Shown in pieces: positions 25,801-39,240 of a stretch of 64,000 nt of DNA (its first letter is position 1; every line of letters begins with the position of its first letter). Source of the stretch: Paraspadella gotoi (lineage: Eukaryota > Animalia > Chaetognatha); assembly GCA_051294375.1 (NCBI GenBank), contig CM119268.1, positions 16,821,947-16,885,946 on the forward strand, given 5' to 3'. The notes under the pieces are model-generated. The model had not been told where the DNA came from, ran no database searches, and saw only the letters and a program-made list of their open reading frames with translations. The position numbers and the translations under genes were made by a program.

Positions 25801-28800
25801 GGGCTCTCCTAACAAGGTGCATCGTTAAGAAATAAAACGATTGTGTAAAAGGAAAAAAGATATTATTGAGTAAAGAAGAAAACATTTTAAACAAAAATTT
25901 AAAAGATTATAATACCCAATCAGAAGAAAGAAAGGAACATCTCACACACCGGAAACCAAAAAGCATCATAATATTTGCAATAAAAGCTTTGTTTGATCGT
26001 CTTTGTGGTTTTTTGCGGGTGTTATAAAAGCAAGAAAGAAAAAAAAAAGAGAGAGAGAGAGAGAGAGATCGACAAGATGCAGAGTGAGGTGCTCCAAGTT
26101 TCTTAATTCCAATCTTTTTTTTCTCTTCATTTCATGTTCTATCAATTCCGTTCAATTTCCATTGAGCACTCTCTTTTCTCTCTCTCTTTCTTTCGTCCCT
26201 AAGGCTTAATAACTGACTTTTTGGTTTTCTCGAAAAACACCCGCAAATTCGTATTCCCTGTTTGTTTCGACGATGGCGCATTTTCGACTGGTAGTGTCAA
26301 TTGACAGAAGAAAGTTTCCAACTCTTTTGATCGCATTTATGTAATCTTACTTTGGTCCTATCAAATGCAATGAAACCCACAGGCGAGAGGCCTGGTGCTG
26401 CTTTGGCCATTTTATTTATTTATACGAACCTGACCTATAAAAATAGTAATTTATAAGAATATAACCAAATCATCCTAAAAACAAACTAACATCAATTATT
26501 GGATTAACAAATGACTTCCGACAAAAAAAAAAGATTCAACAAAAAAGAAAAACCTTTAACCAAATATATATAAAAAACATACTACCATGACTAAGAATCT
26601 CAAAATCTTCACATTCCGGAACTCAAAATCAACCGCTAACATCCCTCTGTCCCCCCACAGGATAAAAACACCCTTTTCGTCATTTCATTTTTCGCTTTTC
26701 CGTGGTGCTCCCTAATCACGTAATTTTAAAATCCGCAATAGAGTTTGAATTTTTCCATTTTCGATTTAAAACTCGGGTCTCACCAGTTCTCTCTCCTTTT
26801 ACCCTTACCCTACTTCTCGCCCCTTCCAGGTTCGCGGTTTGACAATAGTTTCCCAATTCCACGTTTCACCATCGACCCTGCTCAACTTCCAATCTTTAAC
26901 CTCTATCCATAAATTTCATCCTTGCTTCTGCACTCTTTAAGCCACATTAATTTGATATTTGTTCCATTACTTCCGTCAAGACTTACCAGTCAACCTTTCC
27001 CTTAAATATATTTTCCCATTCCGCTCCCTCCTTTCCCGTTCCCATTATCCCCAACCGTCCACCTTCTACTCTACCACCTCCCCCCCAGCCTCCCCACGTG
27101 AAATTTCCATTTTCCGCAATCCGAGCTTTTCACGTTTCCATTTACATTTTTTCCTCTTCTCTCCTCTCGTCTGTTTTTTTCACAGTGGATATCTAATCCC
27201 CTAACACATAAAATGCCCGATGTTTCTCCTCCTTCTTTCTCTTTCTTTTCTCGTTTCCGTTTTTTTTTTTTTTTTTGTTTGTTTTTGTGGCGTTGTCTTT
27301 TCTTGTGTATGTTTTATGGTGTCTTTGTTCGTGCTGCATTGAGTTGCCGCCGAATTTTTTACTAACGAACATTTAATTCTTTCGTCTATTTTTATTTTTT
27401 TACAGGAAGCGGAAGTATAGAGAATAAACTACGGATTCAAAGTTACATTTGGTAAAAGAAATAATAAAATTTACTTCGTGTTAACCAAGAAATTTAAATT
27501 TAAAAAAAAATTACTTGCCTATATAACCTAAGGAAATATGCAACATTTACAACGAGGACACAATCAACCATCACATCTTCATTACTTTTCACGACGAAAT
27601 CATGATCATTAACTTTTATTCGTTGTTTTTTTCTTGACGTTCCGATTCCATTGTCCACGCTCTGATCGCTCCATCACGGCGGGGACGATGATTCAAAAAC
27701 GCAGAATCTCTCTCTCTCTCTCTCTTCTCTCCTCTCTCTCTCTCTCCCTCTCTCGTCTCTCTCTCTCTCGTCTCCTCTTCGCTCTATCCCTCTCTTTCTC
27801 TCTCTCACACTCCATTTGTCACCGGTGAGCTGTTTTTTTTCGGCTCAATTCTTGTTTCAATAGTGAAAAATATATGACGCCAACTCGTGATTCGGATTTC
27901 TGCACAACTTTTTTTCTTATTGCCTAGTTCGAGTCAGACCCAATTTTTGGATCATTTACTAATCAAACTTCTGAGCTTTCGCATCAACTTGGTAAATAAA
28001 TAATACAATAAATAAATAAATAAGCATTTTTTTCGTCTCAAGCACTTCTAATGCTAAACGAACACTTGTTCGTCTTATGCCTTTTCAACTTATATATTCG
28101 TTATAAAACCAATCTCATAATCTCTTTGATTTCTTCATCTTTTTCCTTTATCAAACTCGGTGACCAAACCACAAAGGAAATTAAAAATTATTTGAAAAAA
28201 AAAAGTATTTTCAAAAAACATCCTGCTCCGTAATACTATACGAATGTTTAATTCATAGTTAACTCCATCACTTTCCCCCTAAGACCAAGTTGGACCAACC
28301 AAAACAAAAAGATTAAACGCTCGCATGAGAATGGCTTCGTGATTCACATGATGACTAGTATAACATACGCAGAGTAGAAGAAAAGAAAGTGGTTTACCTT
28401 TGATAAAACGGAAAAAACACCTTCTCGAAGTATTAAACTTGGATTCGGAATGGATAATTAATTTCCGCTTTATCTCTCAATATTCATCGCAACATCGTTT
28501 TTAATCCACAAACAGACGAAAAAACGATTTATAGTCAGACACGGATTAATAATTTGACACAGAAAATAGACATTACTATGTAGTTTCCAATTTTGTACCG
28601 ACCATTTATCCGTCATGTAATACTGGTCCTTGTCCAAAGAGCTAATGATGGCCGTTGTCTCTTTAATTCTTTGTTAAAACGGACAGTAAATCTGTCCGGA
28701 TATCAGAGCCCTAGTTTTTACTAAAAAACTCCAAAAAAAATAACCACAAACATAAAAGCTCTGAGTGCACCAGATTTTTTTGAGAAACTTTAATTAATAT

Positions 28801-29369
28801 ATGAATCAACTTCGCCTTCGCCTTCGGAATAAGGGATAAGAGAGATTAAGGGAGTTAAGGGATAAGCCGGAATCAAGGGGATAATGGATAAGGGACTTCT
28901 CCCTGCCGTGTGTTTCCTCCTCTCTCCCTTTTCCCAAGACTTAGCGGATGAACATGATTTAGGTTTAAAATTCGACCCGATGGCAGTGATTTGCAGACAA
29001 AAATAATTCAAGAATGTTCGGGGTTGGTTACAGATGTGCTAGCATGCCCGAGAAATGGTGACTGGCTAAATTCAAAATCAATTTAATAAAATAAAAACTA
29101 GTAAAAACCTAAATATAAAAATTTCGGAAATATAAAAAAAATTAATAAAAATGACGTTTAATAACCCCAGCCCATCTAGCACAAATAAAATTATTAATAC
29201 GTAAATAAAACCTAAATGGGGGGGGGGGGGCCCAAGCAAACCGCAAATCAAGGTTTTTGACAAAAGGATCGTTTGACTAAATTATCACAAATACAGGGAG
29301 ACTCCCGCCACAAAGATATTTTAATCAATAATATTACATACAAAAATTATATTCGTAATTATTTTTCAA

Positions 29370-29812
29370 TAAACCCTCGGGTTCCGTCGTCTGGGCGGAA
29401 ACGACGCCGCGGACTTTGGGACTGCGGATCGAGCGCGGAACGACGCCGGTTGTGCGCGATGGACGGCGAGACGCCGCCGACGGTGCGCGAGGCGGCTGCC
29501 GGAGCCGGGCCCGGGGCGGAGTGCGAAGGCGCCAGGGAGCGAGGAACGTCCACGAGCCGAGGAGAAGACGGGGCGTCCTCGTAGCTGGATCGAGGGGGGG
29601 GTGTGGGGGGGGGAGAACAAGAGGGAACAGAGTAGGGGGCGTGCGCGAAAAAAAGGGTCAGTCTGAGGGAACACATAAATTCGCGCCTGTTTAATATTTG
29701 CCGCCAATAAACACACATCTCTGTGTCGCGCGTCGGAGAGTGAGACGCTTGCTTTCTTCTCTTCTTTTTTTCGTTCTTTCTTTTTTTCGTTCGTTCGTTC
29801 GTTCTTCGTTCT

Positions 29813-29856
<44 letters not shown>

Positions 29857-29857
29857 T

Positions 29858-29889
<32 letters not shown>

Positions 29890-30875
29890 TTCTTTTCTTT
29901 CTCTCTTTCGCCCGCCCTTTTTTTTTCCTTTTGTCGATGCAAACAAAAATACAAAATAATACGAAGGAAAAAATCTCTTATCGTTCTAAAATGAAATGTC
30001 AAACACGCGAAGATTGCAGCTATTTATTTTTCAATCTCTTTTTTCTTCGGCCTTCGAGAAATGAGATAAGGATCACGATATCGAGTCTTCTTTTTTCTCT
30101 CTTTTTCCTTTTCCTTCTCCTTTTACTCTCTCTCTCTCCTACTCCTGCTCTTTTACGGACCTGTGAATAACTCTCAACAAACTTTTGTCAGACTACAAAA
30201 CAGCTAAAAACCTCATTTTAAAACCAAATCCTAATTTTTCTTTTTCCAACATGTTTTATTTTCCCTTTGGATCCTACGTGAACTTTCTCTATTTCCTTAT
30301 ACCTCTCTTCTCCCCTCTTTCCTCTTTTTCTTCCACCGCGAGCGGAAAAATTCAAAAGCCCAGCTCTCGAAAACAAAATTTCCTTCGCCATGACGTTTTA
30401 ATGGTTCATCATTATTTACCAACTTTTTTCCGTGAACCGTCCACCTCCCAGTGCCAAACACCGCCTGGGAAAAAACGTGCAAACCGTAACCTCGGGCCGG
30501 CTCTTTCCAGTTGTTTTCTTCCCCATAGAAAATGTGCATTTTAATGTACTAGTGCCCTATAATCCGACCATTAATCTCCAAACCTTTCCGTTTTTATAAG
30601 AAACACCTTACTTCCGATCAATCAATTATTACGACAATTTCTTTATTAAGTACCTCGACATTCATATAAGAGGTTTAAACAGCAACCCGATCCTACCCGC
30701 GCGGAATCCGTCCTCCAAATCCTCCAGGCGCTTCTCAAGCGAACTTGGGTGACGGCGTAGGAAGTGGTGAAGCCTGGAAACGAGCTTTCTCCATCTGGGA
30801 GATTGATCTCGTAGTCGGGACGGCGAGGGTGGAGATGTCGAGTCCCGAACATCCGCGCCACTCCACGCTGACGCT
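29370..30875 (-). CDS. Candidate two-exon fragment of an unidentified antisense gene nested in the CASK intron (exons about 30875-30697 and 29584-about 29370)
   Basis: Two GC-rich, stop-poor islands in AT-rich intron. Minus-strand GTAGGA donor at 30696, and a pyrimidine tract plus CCAG acceptor ending at 29585. No family recognised. Confidence 0.4.
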
Positions 30876-31606
30876 AGATCCAGCAACTAGCAACAGTTTT
30901 TTTTTCCCCCCGCGACCGGGAGTGGAAGGGGGGGGAGGTTTTGGGGGGCGGAAAGGTTGGGTTATAACGGAGAGAAAAAATTCCGCGCGTCGCGTTGAAA
31001 AATCTCATTTGCATTAATGAAGTTCTCGGGGCTTTGAGAAAGAGATATCTTTGTTTATCGGTCGTCGTCGGCCGGCAGGAAGGACAAAGAGGAAAGGAAG
31101 AAAACGCGTGTTGGGGGGGAATCGCCTGAGAGAGGAAAGGTTTTCCTCCTTTAGAGAGGTAAAGAGAGATGAGAGAGAAGAGAGAGAAGAAAGAGAGCAG
31201 AGACGATAGAAAGAGAAAGAGAAATAGAGAGAGAGAGAGGGAATCCCGAGAGAGATAAAAAGTCAGGCGTCGCCACGGATTCGTCATAAAAATGGCGGCC
31301 TGTTTATCGCGGAATTTCATTGATTTTCGGAGTTTATTGGAAAACATGAAAATTTGCCCGTTAGGAGGAAAGCCAAATCGATCTCAAATATACAAATAAG
31401 ACAGATTGCAACGGGAAGCTCGGAAGGATAATAATATTGATATTGATTAACTCTTTGTAAAGTCTTGTTCTTTATTTGAGAAAAATTGCACTAATCGAAA
31501 TGTTAAATAAAGTGATAATAGTCATATTGTCTCCTTTCTGTTCCTCTCTCTCTCTCTCCCACTATCTATTGCAATCCAAATCATCGCCTCTCCTCCCGCT
31601 TTCCAG

Positions 31607-31749
31607 GACGAAATATCACGAGAAACGCCAAACGGCCATCTTGACGTGGAACCGCAGGTCGATGGATAGGTTTTGCGGATTCGGCAGTGAGTATTCCCCC
31701 TACGTCGTCTTTTCATCGTACGCACCCTTGACGCTAACCATGAAACAAG
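31607..31749 (+). CDS. CASK: CASK-like GuK exon 3 (approx. .[38 protein letters not shown])
   Basis: TTTCCAG acceptor, GTAATC donor at 31750. Fragments [14 protein letters not shown] and SEYSPYVVF match CASK [36 protein letters not shown]. Contains indels. Confidence 0.8.
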
Positions 31750-31867
31750 GTAATCGACCCCTTATGGGCATTGATATGGAAGAGATAATACTGAAAATAA
31801 TTACCCGCGCAGTAGACTCAACTTGAGATCAAGGCCGGTCATAGAAAGCAAAGTCTCATTCATGAAG

Positions 31868-32081
31868 TCCACCGGCCTCAACGGGACAGCCTGGAACGGC
31901 TGGCCGAGCGATAGCCAGCTGCTCAAACAAAGCCGTCTTCGACGCTTTTACTTTGATCTCTCGCCGTCTACGAAACAACGACATCGACGAAGAACAAGAT
32001 TACGACGCTCTGGAGGCAAGCATTCGCAGACCGTCCACAGACAGCCCACAATGGATACCACGTGCGGTTGGGGTCTTTTGA
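31868..32081 (+). CDS. CASK: CASK-like terminal GuK exon (approx. DSLERLA..SQLLKQ....YFDLS...NNDIDE.....LE.A..TVHRQPQWIP..WVF*)
   Basis: Fragments SLERLAE, SQLLKQ, YFDLS, NNDIDE, TVHRQP, QWIP and GTCTTTTGA match the CASK C-terminus (YFDLTIINNEIDET...QWVPVSWVY*). The start coordinate is approximate and the sequence is indel-rich. Confidence 0.78.
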
Positions 32082-35000
32082 AGATTTTTTTAAAACTTTG
32101 CGGTCCCGTCCTAGATTTTGTGCTGCGATTCATATTGAGGTTCGATTTTTGTTATAAAATGTAAATGGTATATGATCTATTGAAAAGTCCTAAATTAGTC
32201 AGACAACACTATATACCGAGTGTAATATTGTATCAGTCGTTTTTTGAATACGGAAATTTTAGCTGCAAGAAGAGGTTGCACACTACCTCTGGTTGTGTTT
32301 GTTACTAAAATAGTATCCCCGAATCTCCCTAGTGAATTCAAAGTGCATGGAATTAGAAAAATCCCGAACCTACTGAATAAGTTTCGACTCGAATATGCAG
32401 ACCAGTTCTACAAACAGACGTTCTCAATACCTCAGCCCACATCCCCTGTGCATTACTTTCAGCCTTTCCTACTACTACTCAAGTACCCAATTTTTCACCG
32501 AAGAATTAAATGATTTTAGTTTTATTTTTTAATATGATCTCGAGAAGAAGGACCAGAACCCAATATTTCTCTATCAATTTACATTTTTTTGCACGAAAAA
32601 AGTGGTCAAACAAAACTTTGTATTATAATACGGTATTGGAGCTTCCATTGGAACACTGTATTTAAAATGAAATTTAAAGCGATACGCAGTTTTGGAGAAA
32701 GTTTTTGACAGGAACCCAGCGACAAGTGCGAAACAGGGGTCTTGCATGGACTCCAAAACTCTTTTCAGTTCCCATATACTCAAATTTAGAAAATTAATTA
32801 GCACTTATTCTTCAATAATCCTAGAAAATTTTTTGAAAATAATTTATAAAAATTAAAATTTTTTTTTCAGAAGAAAAAACCTCATCGAAGTTCTCTATAA
32901 ATATAGTATAACAAAACGATGAATTCTTCGTGACGGATTTTTGCCACTTGTTCTCATTTAATGTCTATTTGAAATAAATTCTGGAGCCAGAATAATGATT
33001 TTTATCTTTCTTTATCTGGAATCAGATTTGAGACAAGTCATGTGAAATTTCAATCAAATATTCGTTAATCTTATAATATATTATTGGTACATAGAAAAAG
33101 AGATATATAAATAATGAAAAAAGATTGGAAGCAAATGCGGGTTGTAAAAAAAGAAAAGGTTATAATAAAGAAAAAACGTTCCAAAAAAACATAACAAAAC
33201 AATATTCTTTCTATTAAAACTGGCATTTAAAGACCCACTAATTGCTGAAGGTCTCTCTCTCTTAAGAAAGATCTAAGCATTCCTAATCTGTGGCTTGTTC
33301 CAGCGGCGCTCAGCGTTTTTATTGCTATAAACCTAATTTACAAATTGTGCCTCTGTGAGACAAAAAGCGGAAACAAGAAAAAATGACATCTAGAAAATAG
33401 CCGCGAATTAAAAAAATACGCCGAACAAAGCGAGGCTCGATACTGGACTGACTCTGCAATATACAACCAAGCAAGGCAAGGCAAAAAACGACCGACGGTT
33501 CGGAACAAGAAAAGAAGGGGACCATACTTCGTCCAACGGACAATTAAATGTTCTCACGATCGAAAATATAAATGCCGAACCAGCGCAACTTTATTCGTTC
33601 CCAACTGTTCCACCGTTTAACCAAAAGCCCGGAACCCGACGAAGAAACAGCGAAAAACATCACGAAGAAAAACAAAACCAAGGTAAGGCCATCAAAACAG
33701 AAAAGCCGCTCAGTTGCGACTCGACCCGTCCGCGCGCCGAGCGCGAACGCGACGGAGAGCGGAAGTGGCGACCGCAGACACCGCCGACGCCAACCGAACG
33801 CGGTCGACGCAATGAAGAACAGCCGACCGAGCACCCAGACTCGAATCAACGAGCAGCATGCCACCCCATTTCATTTTTTTTTCTCTCTCTTCTCTTCTCA
33901 TCACGGCACTCTAGATACAGCCTACCAAATTTACGGCCGGTTGTTCATTCTGTTTTATCTCCTCCGTCCACCTTTTGAATAGTGATGCGCCCTCTCTCGC
34001 AAAAAATCTACATGATGTCAATGGTGATCCCCTATTTGAACTCTCTTTATTTACCAACAAGACGCAAAACGACGGGGAACTTTCGCAGGGGGTGTAAATT
34101 ACTGTCACAACTATACTTAGAACCTGCACCGTCTGTTTTATAGACTTTTAATATTAGCCTTATCAACATAAGAGAAGAATCCTACTCAATCTAAACGACG
34201 CTTAGAACCAAGAGAGAGTATATATAGTTAATTAGAGGCCGTTGTAAGCAATTTACACCTTCTAACCTTCAGTCCTTAAAGGCCCAACAAATCCTCGCGT
34301 GCAGGACTGCTCACGAGCGCCCGGATTTCAAAACCGCATGTGGCTTTTCCCCGACTAGAAAAGACACCATTGTTGGTGAGCGAGGACAGTGTATCCCAAC
34401 GGGAACGCCCATTCTCTCGTGCAAGTGACGCAATCCGTGTTCGTGGCTCGCGGATACAGGATGTAAACAATACACGCAATATCAGGGTGTACATTTTTCG
34501 TTTTTTAGGAGTATTTACTTTTAGTTTATAGACATTGAGACGCCTTATAACCCAAGCAACAAATCTATGTTATATAGACATTAATTGTGGGGAAAGATGT
34601 TTTTAAATAAGATTATTTTTATCAGTATTTTTTATTAATATATAGTTACGCCTAGTATGGGTTATCAGGATTTAATATGATTAACATGATATGTTTGAGA
34701 ATGAGCCATCACTCTGTATAGATCAGAAAGTGTATCGAGCGCCAAAACGAGCCAATGTCGGGAGGAGTATAAACAGAAGGTCTTTGCCCTGTCCCGTACT
34801 GAACCGGTGGAATCATGGGGGGCATGAGAGAGGAGCAGAGAGAGATGCAGACAGAGAGAGAAAAGCGAGAGGAGAGGAGAGAGATGATGAGGATGAGAGA
34901 GAGAGAGGAGAAGAGAGAGAGAACGACAGAGAGACGAGAGGAGAGAGGAAAGACAGAGAGAGAGAGAGGAAATGTAGTGCGTTGGCGGGAGAGAAGATAG

Positions 35001-35721
35001 CAGGACGTAATAATCTTTGGAGAGATCTCTTGCCAAAAAAATAAAAGTGTTAATTAAAAGTTAGTGTTTAAAGTTTTGAATGAAAAAAAATTTAGTATCC
35101 CGTGACAAGTTCAAGAGGTAAGGAGGACGGAACAGAAAGATGTGACTGGGCATTCGAGGGTTTATACTAAGACAGAAGAGTTTGGGGCCACAATGTGCGG
35201 GATACAAGGAGTGAGGAATGCGTTGGATTGCTTAAAATTGTGCTGTGTGGCGGAGGGAAATCCCCCGGCGCAATTTTTCCTCCGAACCTAAGATGGCACG
35301 ATCTTCTCCGTCGTCATCGTTCGTACATTTAATGGGGAATAACGCGGAGAGGCTGAAATGGCTCGGCCGTCTTTAAACGGGGGTATAAATGTAGAATTTT
35401 AATTTTCAATTGTGTGAGAAAGAAACGGTTTTCATTTCGTTGGGTAATCATCAGCGTTTGAGGATATTTGTACAAAGTTCTCTGCTGGTTGTATTTGCTT
35501 TTCGATGTGAGGGATTTAGCTTTTCAGTGACCCGGTCTTTGTCAACAAACAAAAAAACGGGATTCAGCCGCGAAGTTGAAACTGCAGAATAAATCCTCGG
35601 TTTCTCACTTGAAGCGCGTGGAAAAAAGTTGTCAAACGAACTATTCTTTTTTTGCGCCGCACGGCGACGCTAAATGATCAAACGTTTAATGAAAGGAGTT
35701 TTTAGCCTTTTTCGCATCTTT

Positions 35722-35868
35722 TACTCTTCTCACTCTCTCACTCTCTCACTCTCTCCAACTCTCTCTCTCACTCTACTCGACTCACTCACTCTCTCAGCAT
35801 CTTCTCGGTCTCTCTCTCTCTCTTCTAGGCTTACTCTCTACTCTCTCTCACTCTCTCTCTCACTCTCA

Positions 35869-35911
<43 letters not shown>

Positions 35912-36085
35912 TCTCTCTCTCTCTCTCTCTCTCACTCTCTTCTCTCACTCTCACTTTCCTCTCTCTCTCTTTCACTCTCTCACCACTCTCTCTCACTCTC
36001 TAACACTCCTCACTCTCTTCACTCATCACTCTCTCACACCACCTCAATCTCTCTCCTCTCTCCTCATCTCTCTCTCTCTCTCACT
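35722..36085. repeat. Long (CT)n microsatellite in noisy sequence
   Basis: Directly visible. Confidence 0.9.
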
Positions 36086-36889
36086 CATGGGGTGGTCACA
36101 ATCGATCGAGCCGCGAGACGACCAAACAGGCTTCCCTCTCTTCCGGTCCTTACTCTCTTACCGCCGAGCGTCGAAGGGTCGGAGGTCAATCCGCGTCGGT
36201 GACTCAATCGGAAAATGTGAATATGCGAGCGAGATCCTCTTCCTTTCGTAGTGACCGACGGGCAGCGTGGCATAAACGTCGCGGTGTCTAGGTGATCGAA
36301 TGACTCACCGGAAAATACCGCCTCAGACTCTTTTTCTCTCTCCTCTCCTACAATTTTCTCTTTAGTTTCCTTTTTCACTCTTCTTTACATAAATTTGATT
36401 CTTCCTCATCAGCGATCAAGAAATAACAAAGTTAGATATAAGATTTATCAAATGAATGTGTTAAAAATGGATTTACTGTAACCCAGAAAATATTACGCAT
36501 AATTAATCGATAATATTTTTCTTTGTCAAATTTTTCTTGATGCGAAAAATAATAAAAAGTTCTATAAACAAAATTTTGGAAAATTCATGTCAATAACAGC
36601 AATAATATTGGTATCTCTTTCAATACTTGTTTGCGTCTTTTAGTTATTTCATCTTAGAGAAAACAAAGTTTTCCTATTTTTACAAACGATTTTTGCTATT
36701 AGACAAGTTAAAAAACAAGAACAGGTGGTTTTCAGCTTAGTCCAAGGGACTTCATCAAAAGATTAACGAGGATGTATTCGAAAAAGCTGGAGTCTAAATA
36801 ATGAATGGACACTGAAAGCTCAAATGTGACGAAGTATTATTTTATAATTTTACTTATTGCGAAAGCGTGTTTACCATACGATAACTATA

Positions 36890-39240
36890 TGAATTTATTC
36901 AATAAAAAGGTTATTTTGTGATGTTATTTTTGTTTTAAAATAGAAATAATAAATGTGTTAGGAAATTTAATTAGACACAAGGGGAGTAATAAGAGAAAAC
37001 TTCTTATTCATCAAAAAAAAAAAANNNNNNNNNNNNNNNNNNNNNNNNNTAATTGCAAAACGGAACTCTGTCGCACTGTTTCTCCAGAATAATTGACGGG
37101 TTTGCAAAAACCCAAACGAATCTGATAAACACCCCTACACCATACAGAAACAATACAAAGCTTGAAGAACCAAACGAAACACGGCGACAACGGGGAACAA
37201 ACAGAACGATCCATGAACGATGCAGGATTGAGAAAAAAAAAATCCTCATACATTTTCAACCCAGGGTGAAGTCAAGGGGCGGAGACACTACGCGCAGAGA
37301 GACTGAGAGAAAGAGAGAGAGAGAGAGAGAGAGCAATAATTTAGCGATAATTTATGCGAATCTTGATCGCGGATACATCGTCGGGACTTTATGGCCAAGA
37401 GGCGACCATTTCCTTCACGCGTCCATTAATCGCTTCAAGTTCGAACCAACTTAATTTCCTCTTTGAGACAGCGAGAAAACAATTTTCCTTTTCTACGTCG
37501 GCATCTGTTTTATCAGCAGATTCCGACTCTCTCATCCACTGTGTCGCCGTCGTCGGTCCACCCCCACAAGTCTTCCCCCCCCCGTCGTGTCGGTTAAGTC
37601 ACTTAAATAATGTCAGGAACATACGAATATCTGATGAAATTATGCAAAAAAAATGCCATAAAATATGTGATTGAATTCTATAAATTGTATATCTGTTGAA
37701 TGGTTATACTTAAACATCAGTTTTATTCACATATGAAAAAAAATCAATGCAAAAATAATATTTTGTAGTTAGGTAATATGACTTAAAGTATAGGTATAAT
37801 AACAGCAATTATGTATGAAATATTTTTTTTTCCTGCGTTATAATAGTCCTAAACTCTATAACCATTTCATCCATTTATCTGTACACCCCTCATATCTTGT
37901 TCGCGTATAATTATTTAGGTCACATTAGCAATATTGAGTTATAGAAATTATCTGAAAAAATGGAATCCTTCCCCCTTCCATACATCTATTTGTTCGTCAT
38001 CTATCTGTAATTCTTGTCCTGTCATTAAAACTGCAGTGAATTGATTGATAGATTTGAAATTTTGTGATGTGTTCCAGAACAAAAGGTTGATGGAGCCTAA
38101 TCTTAAGTTTGGGCATAAAATCATGCAAGGCGAAAAATCGATATAAATTATAAAAAAGTTTTAACCATTTTTTTCGTCATTTTAAAAAGTAAAAATATTG
38201 CTACCAAAACCAATAATTATAACCATAACAACCACAACAACTACATGTCTCTTTCTCTCTTTCACTCTTTATCCTTTTTCTATTTTCTCTCTTCCAATAT
38301 ATTCTTTTTTCTTGATCTATCTGCTTACTTACTTTTTCTCCCAAGCTTCTTACTTTTTCTACTTTTACTATTCTCAATCCATTTCCTTTATGCTTCATAA
38401 CTTCATTTGAGTTTTGTTTTATTCATAAACAGTTAAACATTAAATAAACATAAAAAAATATAAAAAATTCTTTTTTTAAAAAATACAGGAAAAAAATACA
38501 CTGACCTCATGCTCATTGAACAATTTTCTATTTTTACTTTAAAATATAAGATATCCAAAAAAATAAAAAAAATTGAGCGTTTGTAGCTAAATCACATTAG
38601 CTACAATTGGCTATTTTTGTTGAAAATATAAATTTGTACCCCTCAATTCCAGATATAAAATTCTTATTTGTTCTGTTTCCAGAAAATATTTTTTTCCTTC
38701 ACCATTTTTATTAAATAAAAATGTTTATGATACAGAAAGTCTATACGTCCGAATGGTTTCAAAATAGTACATACAAAATAATTATAATAATATGATTCAA
38801 CTCAAAATGTCTGCTTATTCTTTGCCAGCATACATGAGAAACATATTAAAAAAGGGTCAAAATATTAAAAAAATAGAAAAAAATGTCATTTTTAGTTGTT
38901 GCGAGATTTGATTTGATCAAAAATTTATTAGTTTTTTTAATCCAAACTTACATCAAATGAATGGATCAGAGAGTATAGTTTTTTGTCCTCAGCTATCCAT
39001 TTAGATATATAGTAAAAGTAAAGGCAGGATCTGACTTAGAACCAAACGCTATGCATGTATTATTAATATAAAGCTTCAAGTCTTGCCTCACAGATCTAAG
39101 AATATATGAAAGAAATTTGCCATGCGGGTAAAGTTTCGACACTTAACATTCATCGTGTCTTAAATAACAAACAAGTCACATTTTACTTGATTTCTATATA
39201 TCTGTATCAATATTTATTGATTATTACTTGCTTAAATAGA
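36890..39240 (+). repeat. Direct duplicate of about 15460-17760 (CASK intron plus small HOOK exon), indel-rich
   Basis: Collinear shared strings, e.g. GTGAAGTCAAGGGGCGGA, CATTAATCGCTTCAAGTTCGAACCAACTTAATTTCC, GTCCGAATGG, TTGCCTCACAGAT. Boundaries are approximate. Confidence 0.88.

Larger units (their letters stand above)
9465..32081 (+). other. CASK: Gene span: CASK/LIN-2-like MAGUK (p55 subfamily), PDZ-SH3-HOOK-GuK, multi-exon; partly in N gaps and in error-rich sequence
   Basis: Ordered exons match remembered CASK motifs: [128 protein letters not shown]. Splice sites are GT-AG with compatible phases where they can be read. Orthology (CASK versus another MPP) is from recalled sequence similarity, not a search. 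Confidence 0.9.

Noticed and set aside
31007-31014. Octamer motif ATTTGCAT upstream of the nested-gene candidate
   Set aside because: A single 8-mer is expected by chance in 64 kb of AT-rich DNA; the same motif also occurs near 4585, 20384 and 49172.
20487-32081. Frameshifted GuK exons as evidence of pseudogenisation or programmed frameshifting/RNA editing
   Set aside because: The clean copy at 54841-54919 is intact, and the indels differ between copies and are equally dense in introns, which indicates sequencing error.
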